From assembly GCA_050485685.1 (NCBI GenBank), contig JBJHBW010000002.1:86680-150679 (forward strand): a stretch of 64,000 nt of DNA. Reading direction: 5' to 3'. The notes beneath the pieces are model-generated. The model had not been told where the DNA came from. It saw only the letters and a program-made list of their open reading frames with translations, and searched no databases. Shown here piece after piece: positions 29,922 through 39,131 of the stretch; position 1 is the first letter of the stretch; each line of letters opens with the position of its first letter. The translations under genes were made by a program, and so were the position numbers. Source of the stretch: Gammaproteobacteria bacterium (lineage in GTDB: Bacteria > Pseudomonadota > Gammaproteobacteria > Steroidobacterales > Rariloculaceae).

Positions 29922-31157
29922 TCAATCGCCTTCGCGCGGTGTCAGATCCTGCCCGGCGGGTGACGAAGCCAGCGCGATGGGCGCCGGCAGCGCGTTGCGG
30001 CCGGTGACCAGACCCAGCCCCGAGCGCCAGGCCTGGGCGGCACCGTCCGGCTCGCCAAGCTTCTCCAGCAGCCCCGCGTACAAGGCATAGGACTCCGGGC
30101 GCGGCGCGATGGCCAGGCTCGATTCCAGATAGCTTCGCGCCTTGCCCCACAGCTCGTTGGCAATGCAAAGGCGCGCCGCGGCGAGCAGCAGCACCGGGTC
30201 GTCGGCATGGTGGTCCAGCCATTTCTCGGCGCGGCGCAGCTGCTCACGCGGATTCGACGAAATGACTTCGCCATAGGTGGCCACGAGATCGGCGTGCCAC
30301 TCGCGGCGCAGGTAGCCGCGCAGTTCCGTCTCTGCCTGATCGGCATGATCGAGGCGCTGCAGCACCAGTGCGCGCACCCGCAGCAGCGATGGCGCTCGAC
30401 GCAATGCGGACGGCAGGCCGGACCAGGTCTTCTCGAACGCCTCGTGAGTGATGTCGGCGTCGCGGCTGTAGCGTTCCAGCGCCTCGCCGGCCAGTTTCTC
30501 GAGCACGGCGGGTTCAAGGTTCGTGTACTTCAGGCGCGGCAGCAGTTCGAGCACCGCCGCCCAGTCGGCTAGCGCCGCATGCGTGCGCGCCAGCAGCCCC
30601 AGCGCCACGGCATTGTCGGGCTGGCTCTCCATCAGGTGCCGCAGCGTTGCCAGCGCGCTGTTGAATTCACCGGCCTCGAACTGCAGTTCCGCCCGCGTCA
30701 GCAGTATCGTGGCCGCCGCGTCCGGCCGCTCTTCCAGCGCCTTCTGCAGCCACTGGTCACGCCTGTCGCCCGCTCCCTGCAGCTGCGCGGCACGCGCCGC
30801 CATCAGGTAATTCAGCAACGCGGCTTCGTTGCGGCGCGCACCGCCGGCCAGCAGTTTCTCGGCCTTGTTCCAGCGGCCTTCCGCCAGCTGCATCACACCT
30901 TCGGTCAGGCGCCGGGTGGCCCGTCGCGCACGGTGTTCGGCCAGCTGTTCACCCAGCGCGCGCGGGGCACGCCATACCGCCAGCAGCACGCGAACGCCGG
31001 CGTACAGCAACAGCAGCAGCACGATGAGTCCGGGCACGGACATCTGCAGCAGGTAACCGCGAAACTCGATCAGTACGTAGCCACGATCCTGCAGAAGAAA
31101 GTGGGTGGCGAGCGCACCGAGAATGAGTGCTGTCAGCGCCCACAGGCTGAAACGCAT
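29922..31157 (-). CDS. hemY: HemY-family TPR membrane protein
   Basis: Two TM helices, GYVLI, EGRWNKAEK, LWGKARSYLE; follows hemX. Confidence 0.85.
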   Translation of the reverse strand: MRFSLWALTALILGALATHFLLQDRGYVLIEFRGYLLQMSVPGLIVLLLLLYAGVRVLLAVWRAPRALGEQLAEHRARRATRRLTEGVMQLAEGRWNKAEKLLAGGARRNEAALLNYLMAARAAQLQGAGDRRDQWLQKALEERPDAAATILLTRAELQFEAGEFNSALATLRHLMESQPDNAVALGLLARTHAALADWAAVLELLPRLKYTNLEPAVLEKLAGEALERYSRDADITHEAFEKTWSGLPSALRRAPSLLRVRALVLQRLDHADQAETELRGYLRREWHADLVATYGEVISSNPREQLRRAEKWLDHHADDPVLLLAAARLCIANELWGKARSYLESSLAIAPRPESYALYAGLLEKLGEPDGAAQAWRSGLGLVTGRNALPAPIALASSPAGQDLTPREGD

Positions 31158-32332
31158 CAACGGTCTCCGCTGTTCAGGCGCCTGAGCATGGTGAGTGAGC
31201 CGCTGATATCGGGCCGCTCGGCTGCGACCCGGGCGTCGCGAAGTTCGCGCAGGGTCGCCAGCGCGCCGTCCACGGCCGCGTTGCCCGTCTCGAACTCCTG
31301 CTCCAGCAGCGTCATCGCGGTGCGCAGGGCTTCCTGATACGCCGCTTCCATTTCCTGCAGCACGGCCAGCTTTGCGACCTCCAGCGCCACCTCCAGCTGA
31401 CGGCGCACCAGCACGCGCTCGTCCGCGGACAGCGTGCGCTCCACCGGCGTGTCGCGCCGCTCGACGGACACGATGCTGCGCAGCGCCATCTGCATGCTGC
31501 GCCACAGGCGGGTAAGGCCGGGTTCGACGTCGTCGAGATCGGGCGTGCCGGGCCGCGCCGGTGCCACGCCGCTGCGCAGCGGAAGTGACGCTGCCCGTGC
31601 CGACACACTGCCGAGACTGCGCACCAGGCTTTCAGCATCGGCACGCTCCGTGCCGCGCAGGATGAGCAGATCCTCGGCAACGCGATCACGCACCGGTCCG
31701 TAGGCGGGATTGCCGAGCTGCCGCAGGCGGTCATCGGCCAGTTCCAGTGCGCGTATCGCGCTGTCCCAGCGACCGGCCAGCTGCAGCTCGTCATTCGCGA
31801 GCGCGAGATAATGTTCGGCTTCTATGCGCAGCCAGCGCGCCCTGGCGTCCAGCGATCCGCCCTGCATCGCATCGATGCGCGTTTCAAGATCGGCAAGACG
31901 CCCGGGCAGGGCATCGAGCCGCGCGCCGGTCTGTTCGGTCTGTCGCTGCTGTTCGGCCAGCGCGCGATTGGCCGTCTCTATCTGCTCGGCCAGACGCGCT
32001 TCCGTTTCCCGCAGGCGCGTATCGGTATCGCGCAGGCGCTCGACGGCCACCGCGGCATCCACGTCGGACTGGTGCACAAGATGCTCCAGCTGACGCTGCT
32101 GAAACCACAGGCCTGCGATCAGCACGAGCAGAACCAGCGCCATCAGTGCCGCGGCGATCGCGACTGCCGCCGACCCGGCGCGCGATTCCCGGGCAGCCGA
32201 TCGCGGTGCGCGGGTTGTCGATGAAGTTGATGATTCCGTCGCCGCACGTGAATCGGCCGGTGGCCCGGGCCGGTCGTCGGCATTGGTGCCGGCTTGTGCG
32301 GATGAGTGCTCGTTAGCGCTTTCGCCGCTCAT
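31157..32332 (-). CDS. hemX: HemX-family membrane protein
   Basis: TM plus coiled coil, WLRIEAEHYLALAN..L.LADDRL, PDISGSL. Confidence 0.8.
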   Translation of the reverse strand: MSGESANEHSSAQAGTNADDRPGPPADSRAATESSTSSTTRAPRSAARESRAGSAAVAIAAALMALVLLVLIAGLWFQQRQLEHLVHQSDVDAAVAVERLRDTDTRLRETEARLAEQIETANRALAEQQRQTEQTGARLDALPGRLADLETRIDAMQGGSLDARARWLRIEAEHYLALANDELQLAGRWDSAIRALELADDRLRQLGNPAYGPVRDRVAEDLLILRGTERADAESLVRSLGSVSARAASLPLRSGVAPARPGTPDLDDVEPGLTRLWRSMQMALRSIVSVERRDTPVERTLSADERVLVRRQLEVALEVAKLAVLQEMEAAYQEALRTAMTLLEQEFETGNAAVDGALATLRELRDARVAAERPDISGSLTMLRRLNSGDR

Positions 32333-32542
32333 GTTGGTCCCACGGTCCCGTCACGAAAATCAGGCTCAGCGGGAGCATAACGCAGGTAGGGCGAGACTGT
32401 GTGCCCTGGCGATCGAACGGGCGAACAAGGGCGCCGGCCTGCGGTGAGGCTGTCGCGTCAGCAGGACAGTGGCGGGGAAACGGGTTGTGTTGCGTTCAGC
32501 TTCTCGGCGCCGGTCGGCTGCCGACCAGTCGGCTGCGGGCGT

Positions 32543-32983
32543 TCAGTCGCACCAGGCCTGGACATCGCGGGCTGCCGTGTCACGCGCCTGGGCCATCTCG
32601 TCTTCGCTCAGGTATTCCCGCTCACCGTCAGGCAGGGTGCGGAACAGGCGTCGCGACATCGAATACAGCTGCTGGCGCTCGCGGGCGATCTCGCAGTTAT
32701 GAGCACGCAGCTCGCGCTCTTCCTCGGCCGTGGGGCCGGTGACGATCTCCGCGCCAAAAGGTTGGGAGTCTTCGGGTGCCGGCGGCTGCGGACGCGCGTC
32801 GGCACCGGTGCCGGATGCGGCCACGACGGGTGTCGGAGCGATGACACGAATGGGCTCGGCGTCGGGCGAGTCCGGACGGTCGCTGTAGACCACGTTGCCG
32901 TCAGCGTCGAACGAACGGTACACCTCGGACGCCACCAGCGGAGTCGCGATCAGAATCAGTGCTGCCAGCCACAGGTATCGCAC
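32543..32983 (-). CDS. DUF4124 exported protein
   Basis: Signal peptide, VYRSFDADGNVVYSDRP, NCEIAR, terminal WC; GGAG SD before GTG. Confidence 0.8.
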   Translation of the reverse strand: MRYLWLAALILIATPLVASEVYRSFDADGNVVYSDRPDSPDAEPIRVIAPTPVVAASGTGADARPQPPAPEDSQPFGAEIVTGPTAEEERELRAHNCEIARERQQLYSMSRRLFRTLPDGEREYLSEDEMAQARDTAARDVQAWCD

Positions 32984-33220
32984 GATGTTGTTCTCCGGCG
33001 GAAGTGCGATCGAGTCTAGCAGAGGCCCCCCGGGGAGCCATGCACCGCAATGCCGTTCTGTGACACGGGTCAAATAACCGCCGGCGCTGCACTGGCCGGC
33101 CGTGCCCTGACACTCGCCCCCCTGAAAACTGCGCGGCGCTCGCGACTGCCGGTATCATCGGGAGAAACACGGCGAAATCACCGGAAAGGTATCTCGCCCG
33201 CATTCGCGATGGAGAGTGAA

Positions 33221-33484
33221 ATGAACGACGACTCGAAACGGCCCGGTCTGGATGATCTGGCCAGGCAACTGGCCGACGCCGTCCCGCAGAACATCAAGGC
33301 GCTGGGCCAGGACATGGAACGCAACTTCCGGGCGCTGCTGCACTCGGGCTTCGAGCGCATGGATCTGGTGACGCGTGAGGAATTTGATCTGCAGGCTGCG
33401 GTGCTTCAACGCACGCGCGAGAAACTCGAAGCGCTGGAAGCCCGGGTTGCGGAACTGGAGCGCATCAACCAGCCAGGACCTTAA
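33221..33484 (+). CDS. ubiK: Accessory factor UbiK (BMFP family)
   Basis: MDLVTREEFDLQAAVLQRTREKLEALE; upstream of comM. Confidence 0.9.
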   Translation: MNDDSKRPGLDDLARQLADAVPQNIKALGQDMERNFRALLHSGFERMDLVTREEFDLQAAVLQRTREKLEALEARVAELERINQPGP

Positions 33485-33565
33485 TGCCATCTGGAGCGCT
33501 CATGGCAGCTGGAACGCCAATGCCAGCAAGGGCAATCCGGCGCCGACATTTCTGCCGGTGCACTG

Positions 33566-35086
33566 ATGGCGCTGGCGACCCTGAGCAGCCGCGGTCAGCA
33601 TGGCCTGGGTGCCTACGCCGTCACGGTGGAGGTGCATCTGGCCGGCGGCCTGCCGGGGTTCACGATCACCGGGATGCCGGCCACCGCCGTCCGTGAGAGC
33701 CGGGAGCGGGTCAGGGCGGCGCTGCAGGGCAACGGACTTTCATGGCCCGGCCGCCGCATCACTGCGCATCTGGGCCCCGCGGATGTCCCCAAGGACGGCG
33801 GGCGCTTCGATCTGCCCATTGCACTGGGCGTCGTGCAGGCCGAGACCGGGCGCGAGTGGCGTACGCGCGAGCTCGAGTTCATAGGCGAGCTGGCCCTCAG
33901 CGGTGCGCTGCGGCCGGTGACCGGCGCCCTGCCGGCGGTGCTGGCGGCACGCGATGCAGGCCGCACGCTGATCCTGCCCGACGACAATGCGGCAGAGGCT
34001 GCCCTGGTGCCGGATGCGAGGGTCTATCGCGCCGGTCATCTGATGGACGTGATTCGTCATCTGGATGGCGGCACGCGGCTGGCGCAGGTCTCTGCCGCGC
34101 CGCAGGGAGTGCCCGCCTCGACGGCAGCGCTGCCCGAACTCGGCGATGTGAGCGGCCAGCAAACCGCCAAGCGTGCGCTGGAGATCGCCGCGGCCGGCGG
34201 GCACAACATGCTGATGATGGGGCCGCCGGGCAGCGGCAAGAGCATGCTCGCGGAAAGACTGCCGGGCCTTCTGCCGCCACTGGATGTGGACGACATGCTG
34301 TGTGTGGCCAGCATCGCCTCCGTCGCCGGACTGGTGGAGCTGATCGGGCAGCGCACCGCACCGTTTCGCGCGCCTCACCACACCGCTTCCGCGAACGCGC
34401 TGGTGGGCGGCGGCAACCGGCCGCGCCCCGGCGAGATTTCGCTGGCTCACAAGGGCGTGCTGTTTCTCGACGAACTGCCGGAATTCTCTCGCCATGCACT
34501 GGAAGCCCTGCGCGAACCCATGGAGACCGGCGTGGTGCGGATCGCGCGGGTGCAGCGCTCGGTGAGTTTTCCGGCCGAGTTTCAGCTGCTCGCAGCGATG
34601 AATCCCTGCCCCTGCGGTTATCTGGGCGACGGCACCGATCGCTGCCGCTGCCCGGAGGAGCGGGTGCGGTCCTACCGCGGCCGCCTGTCCGGACCGCTGC
34701 TGGACCGTGTCGACCTGCACATTGAAGTACCGCGCAGCGCGTGGCGTGGACACGGCAACAGCGGCGCGGCCGATGCCGGCGGCGGTCACAGCGAGACCGC
34801 GCAGGTGCGTGAACGCGTGCTGTCTGCGCGCCAGCAGCAGCGCGCACGCGGGCACGGACCGAACGCCAGGCTGAACGACGCGGAACTGAAGCGCGTCACG
34901 CAACCGGACGGGGAAACCCGCAGGCTGCTGGAACATGCAGCCGATCGCTGGCACCTCAGTGCGCGGGCGATCAACCGGGTGCTGAAGGTGGGACGCACGA
35001 TCGCCGATCTGGCGGGTGCTGCCGCGGTGTCACGTGATCATGTGGCCGAAGCCCTGCAGCTTCGCTGCCTGGACCGTCCTCTGTAG
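33566..35086 (+). CDS. comM: ComM/YifB Mg-chelatase-like ATPase
   Basis: VRESRERV, GPPGSGKS, PFRAPHH, GVLFLDELPEF, NPCPCG. Confidence 0.93.
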   Translation: MALATLSSRGQHGLGAYAVTVEVHLAGGLPGFTITGMPATAVRESRERVRAALQGNGLSWPGRRITAHLGPADVPKDGGRFDLPIALGVVQAETGREWRTRELEFIGELALSGALRPVTGALPAVLAARDAGRTLILPDDNAAEAALVPDARVYRAGHLMDVIRHLDGGTRLAQVSAAPQGVPASTAALPELGDVSGQQTAKRALEIAAAGGHNMLMMGPPGSGKSMLAERLPGLLPPLDVDDMLCVASIASVAGLVELIGQRTAPFRAPHHTASANALVGGGNRPRPGEISLAHKGVLFLDELPEFSRHALEALREPMETGVVRIARVQRSVSFPAEFQLLAAMNPCPCGYLGDGTDRCRCPEERVRSYRGRLSGPLLDRVDLHIEVPRSAWRGHGNSGAADAGGGHSETAQVRERVLSARQQQRARGHGPNARLNDAELKRVTQPDGETRRLLEHAADRWHLSARAINRVLKVGRTIADLAGAAAVSRDHVAEALQLRCLDRPL

Positions 35087-35125
35087 AGAATGCCGCGGCT
35101 GGTGGTAGCGACCAGCAGCGACCTG

Positions 35126-36838
35126 CTATTGCGCCGCAGCCGCGTGCTCTGCGACTGCGGATTCCGCCAGTGCCTGTTCAAGCAAGGCCGCCGCCGCGGC
35201 ACGCCCTGCCGCCAGACGCTCCTGCGCCGCGGGCTGGAGATTCTCCGCCGGCGGTATGCGGGCCACGTCCAGGGCCGACAGCCCTTCAGCATCGCGCACG
35301 GTCGGGTCCGCACCGCGCGCCAGCAGGTGCCCGACAATCTGGTCCGACCCGCGGTCGACCGCGCCGATCAGGGCGGTCCGGCCTTCCTGATCGCGTCCCT
35401 CTACATAGGAATGGAGCACGGCGGTGCGGGTGCGGCTGTTGGTGATCCGGGCGTTGATGTCGGCTCCAGCGTCCAGCAGCAGGTCCAGGGTCCGGATCGC
35501 ACGCGCCTGCGCCGCCGGAGTCGCGCCGCCAGCGCCCCCGCCACCACCGCCGCCGGCTGTGCCGGTCATTCCCGCAGCCAGCATCAGCGGCGTCATCCGG
35601 AACGCGTTCGGCAGATCCACTTCGGCGCCGTGCGCCAGCAGCGCTTCGATGGCCTCGTGGTCGTGCCGGATCGCCGCCAGCATCAGCGGACCGGTACCGC
35701 CGCGCAGGTCGTAATCCTGGAAGCGGCCGCGGCCGGCGCCATAGGGGCGCTTGCGTGTGAGCTGATGGTTGGTGTCCACGCCCATGAAGAGCAGGCGATG
35801 AACGACATCCATCGCGCCTATCCTGATGGCGCCGCCGGCATCTGCGCCTGCACGCCCCGGCGCGCCACCCGGGCCGCCTGGGCCACTCTGGCCCCCCTGG
35901 CCACCGGGGCCGCCGCCGAATCCGCCACCGCCGCCCTGGGAGGAGTTCATGTCCACCGCGACGTAGAGCGGGGTGCGGCCGCTCATGTCCCAGGTGTGTG
36001 GATTGGCGCCCTGATCGAGCAGGTACATGGCGATGTCGAACTGACGGTTATCCAGTGCATTGATCAGCGGGGTGACACCGTCCGGATTGGGCCGCTCCAC
36101 ATCGGCGCCGGCCTCGACCAGCGCGACGGCGCAGCGGTAGCAGCCGGCCCGGGTCGCATACAGGAGCGCGGTGAGGCCGCCGGTATAGCGGAATGAGAAC
36201 TGGGCGCGCGGCTCGGAGGTCATCTGACGCTCCCAGTCGTCGTACGTGGCGCGAAAATCAACCTGCTCACCGGCCCCGGCCGCCAGCAGCAGCTCGAGAA
36301 CGTCCGGCTGATTGAACCCGGCCGCATACATCAGCGCGGTCTGGTTGCGGAACGTCTCGATCGCCCGGACATCCGCCCCGCGCTCTATCAGCAGCGCGGC
36401 AATGTCCGCGGCGCCATGGCTGATGGCGAGCATCAGCGCGGTCTGGTTGTCGAGGTTCGGCGAGTCGGGATCGGCACCGGCATCCAGCAGCGTGCGCACC
36501 AGCGCGATGTCCCGAAGCGCGACGGCTTCGCCCAGTGCCGTGGCGCCGTAGTTGTTGGTGACGTCGGCTCGCGCGCCGGCCTTCAGCAGCGCCTCGACCA
36601 GCTCATGGTCGACATGAAACGTCGCCCACATCAGCGCGGTGGATCCGTCCGGGGACTGCACGTTCACGTCCACGTCCGGGGAGGTGATCGCGGCCAGCAC
36701 CGATTCGCGATAACCCTCACGAACGAGTTCGACCAGCGTGCGTGGCTGCGCGACGGCTGTGGACATCACGGCCACCGCAATCAGCAGCAGTCCGGCGGCG
36801 GCCCGGGTCAAGGCGCTACGGCGGTTGAGTTCAGACAA
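35126..36838 (-). CDS. Exported ankyrin-repeat protein
   Basis: Multiple G.TALM.A...LL.AGAD.N repeats; RR-containing signal-like N-terminus. Confidence 0.85.
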   Translation of the reverse strand: MSELNRRSALTRAAAGLLLIAVAVMSTAVAQPRTLVELVREGYRESVLAAITSPDVDVNVQSPDGSTALMWATFHVDHELVEALLKAGARADVTNNYGATALGEAVALRDIALVRTLLDAGADPDSPNLDNQTALMLAISHGAADIAALLIERGADVRAIETFRNQTALMYAAGFNQPDVLELLLAAGAGEQVDFRATYDDWERQMTSEPRAQFSFRYTGGLTALLYATRAGCYRCAVALVEAGADVERPNPDGVTPLINALDNRQFDIAMYLLDQGANPHTWDMSGRTPLYVAVDMNSSQGGGGGFGGGPGGQGGQSGPGGPGGAPGRAGADAGGAIRIGAMDVVHRLLFMGVDTNHQLTRKRPYGAGRGRFQDYDLRGGTGPLMLAAIRHDHEAIEALLAHGAEVDLPNAFRMTPLMLAAGMTGTAGGGGGGGAGGATPAAQARAIRTLDLLLDAGADINARITNSRTRTAVLHSYVEGRDQEGRTALIGAVDRGSDQIVGHLLARGADPTVRDAEGLSALDVARIPPAENLQPAAQERLAAGRAAAAALLEQALAESAVAEHAAAAQ

Positions 36839-37769
36839 CGTTCACTCCGACGTTGGTGTAATTCGCTTGGTAACCCTTGGCGACATCATAGAGAAAGCGG
36901 TACGGGTCCTGGAAAGTGCGGCTCACTTCGGCCAGCACGCCGAGGTTCAGCATGTCGCGGGCGCTGTGGCCGTTGGCGGTCAGATAGGCGGTGCGGTCGT
37001 AGATGTGCCGCATCATGTCGCGCTCGGCCGCCAGCTCCGCGCGCGTCATCACCGCGCCGTAGGCGGGCACGATCATGGTCTCGTCACCGGCGAGTTCGAG
37101 CAGTGCGTCCAGCGCGTCGACACGGCCACCCAGCCAGCCGCCGGCAAACCAGTCGTGCACCGGATCGACCAGCGGCGAGGCGACATCGCCAACGGCCAGG
37201 ACGTTGGCGTCGCGGAAGTAGACGTAGATGTCGCCGAACGTGTGCGCCGCAAACAGATAGCCGAGCTCGATGCGCTCGCCGCCTGCCGTGATCTCGTCGT
37301 ACTCGCGGAAGGTGACGGCCGGTACGGCGGCAACGGGCGGGGCCTTCACCCAGCGGTCCTCGGACGGCACGTAGTAGTCGGCAGCCAGCCATTGTCGCGT
37401 GATCGCATGGGCGCGGATCTCGGCACCGGCATTGGCGAGCAGCGCGTTGCCGCCGGTCTGGTCAGCGTGGTAGTGCGTATTGATCAGCATGCGCACGGTC
37501 TCGCCCGCAAGCTTCTCCAGCACCGCGGCGGCCCGTTCCGGTGATCCGCTGTCCACCATCACGAGACCTTCGCCTGTGTTGAGGACGACAAGGTTGCCGG
37601 GCGCCCCGGTGATCAGGCTGATGCGATCGGTCAGCCGCTGCACCGCCAGCGCGCCGGAAGCGGGCACCGAGTGGCCGGCGGCGCCGTGCCGGGTGTCCGC
37701 CCATGCGCCGGCGAACGGCAGCGAGGCGATCCCGGCCAGGCCCGCGAGCACGCGTCTGCGATCGGTCAT
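36831..37769 (-). CDS. Tat-exported MBL-fold metallo-hydrolase (variant motif HYHADQ)
   Basis: DRRRVL signal, MVDSG, THYHADQTGGN, AHTFGD, LAVGD. Confidence 0.8.
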   Translation of the reverse strand: MTDRRRVLAGLAGIASLPFAGAWADTRHGAAGHSVPASGALAVQRLTDRISLITGAPGNLVVLNTGEGLVMVDSGSPERAAAVLEKLAGETVRMLINTHYHADQTGGNALLANAGAEIRAHAITRQWLAADYYVPSEDRWVKAPPVAAVPAVTFREYDEITAGGERIELGYLFAAHTFGDIYVYFRDANVLAVGDVASPLVDPVHDWFAGGWLGGRVDALDALLELAGDETMIVPAYGAVMTRAELAAERDMMRHIYDRTAYLTANGHSARDMLNLGVLAEVSRTFQDPYRFLYDVAKGYQANYTNVGVNVV

Positions 37770-37774
37770 CCCGT

Positions 37775-39118
37775 TCACACCTCGGACAGCGGGCCGGTGC
37801 TGTTGCCGAACTCGACTTCGGGTATGCCCAGCTTTTCCAGGATGGTCAGGTGCAGGTTCGCCAGCGGTGTTCGCGGTGCAAGCGCGACGTTCTTGCCGCC
37901 GACATGCTGACCGTTGGCACCACCGATCAGCAGCTCCGGCATCGGGTAGTTGTCGTGCGCGTTGCTGTTGCTCATATTGGAGCCGTACAGGAACAGCGAG
38001 TGGTCGAGGATGGTGCCGTCGCCCTCAGGCGTGTTGGCCAGCCTCGCAATGAAATCCGCGAAACGCCGCGTGTGGTAGTGCTGAATCCTGGTGAGTTCCT
38101 CGATGCGCACGCGCGTGTTCGAGTGATGGCTCACGGGATGGAAGCCGCCCGACACGTCGACGACCGGATACGGACGATCGGTGCCTTCGGCCGCCATCGC
38201 GAAAGTGACGACCCGCGTCAGGTCGGCCTGGTAGGCCAGTGCGATCAGATCGAACATCGTCGTCAGTTGCTCGTCGAAGTCCTCGAACACGCCTACCGGC
38301 GCGTCCGGCACCTCCAGATCACCCATATCCCGCTCCCCGGCCCGGCTCACACGCCGCTCCAGCTCGCGAACGGTGTCCAGATAATCCGACAGCACGCGCC
38401 GGTCGCTCGCGCCCAGCTCGTTGCTGAGCGTGTTCGCCCGCTCCCTGACCATGTCGAGTACGCTCGCGTTCTTGGCGAGCAGAGCTTCGCGCTCGGCCGC
38501 CGTATCCCCTTCGCCCAGCAACCGGATGTAAAGGTTGCGCGGGTTGTACTCCATCGGCAGCGGCCGGTTCGGCGACGCGAATGACAGCGTGATGGAGTAG
38601 GGGTTGCCGCCGCCCGCGGCGATCTGCACGGTGATCTCGGAGGCCACTTCAAGCGATGGCAGCGTCGTTTCCTGCCCCAGCCGCTGGGCGATGAACTGAT
38701 CCAGCGTGATGGCCATGCTGGCGCCGCGCACTGAAGTGTCCGGGTGCACGCAGGAGAGCCACGTGGCCGGGTTGAGCGTGTGCACGGAGAGGCGCGGCGC
38801 GGTGTTCTCGATGTTCTCGAAGGTGGTCAGATAGCGCTTGAAAGGCTCCAGCGGCGAGACGATATGGCCGAGTTCGAAATTCTCTCCGCTGCCGGAGGAG
38901 GTCCAGGCATCGACCTCCCTGCCGAACGGCGTGTTATTCATGATCGCGCCGTGCGGCAGGTAGAAAAAGCCCGCGCGGGTCTTCGGCTTCGCGGCCGTAT
39001 TCGCCAGCGCTGTGGCGGCAGGCACCATGGCGTCCAGGAACGGCAATCCCAGCGCCACGCCGCTGCCGCGCAGGAATGTGCGCCGCGACAGATGTTTCTT
39101 GGTCAGGAATCGTGCCAT
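37775..39118 (-). CDS. DUF1552 family protein
   Basis: LSRRTFLRG..LPFLDAM, YLDTVRELERR, QADLTRV, HPVSHH, LYGSNM. Confidence 0.85.
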   Translation of the reverse strand: MARFLTKKHLSRRTFLRGSGVALGLPFLDAMVPAATALANTAAKPKTRAGFFYLPHGAIMNNTPFGREVDAWTSSGSGENFELGHIVSPLEPFKRYLTTFENIENTAPRLSVHTLNPATWLSCVHPDTSVRGASMAITLDQFIAQRLGQETTLPSLEVASEITVQIAAGGGNPYSITLSFASPNRPLPMEYNPRNLYIRLLGEGDTAAEREALLAKNASVLDMVRERANTLSNELGASDRRVLSDYLDTVRELERRVSRAGERDMGDLEVPDAPVGVFEDFDEQLTTMFDLIALAYQADLTRVVTFAMAAEGTDRPYPVVDVSGGFHPVSHHSNTRVRIEELTRIQHYHTRRFADFIARLANTPEGDGTILDHSLFLYGSNMSNSNAHDNYPMPELLIGGANGQHVGGKNVALAPRTPLANLHLTILEKLGIPEVEFGNSTGPLSEV

Positions 39119-39131
39119 TGCTTCGTCTCCC

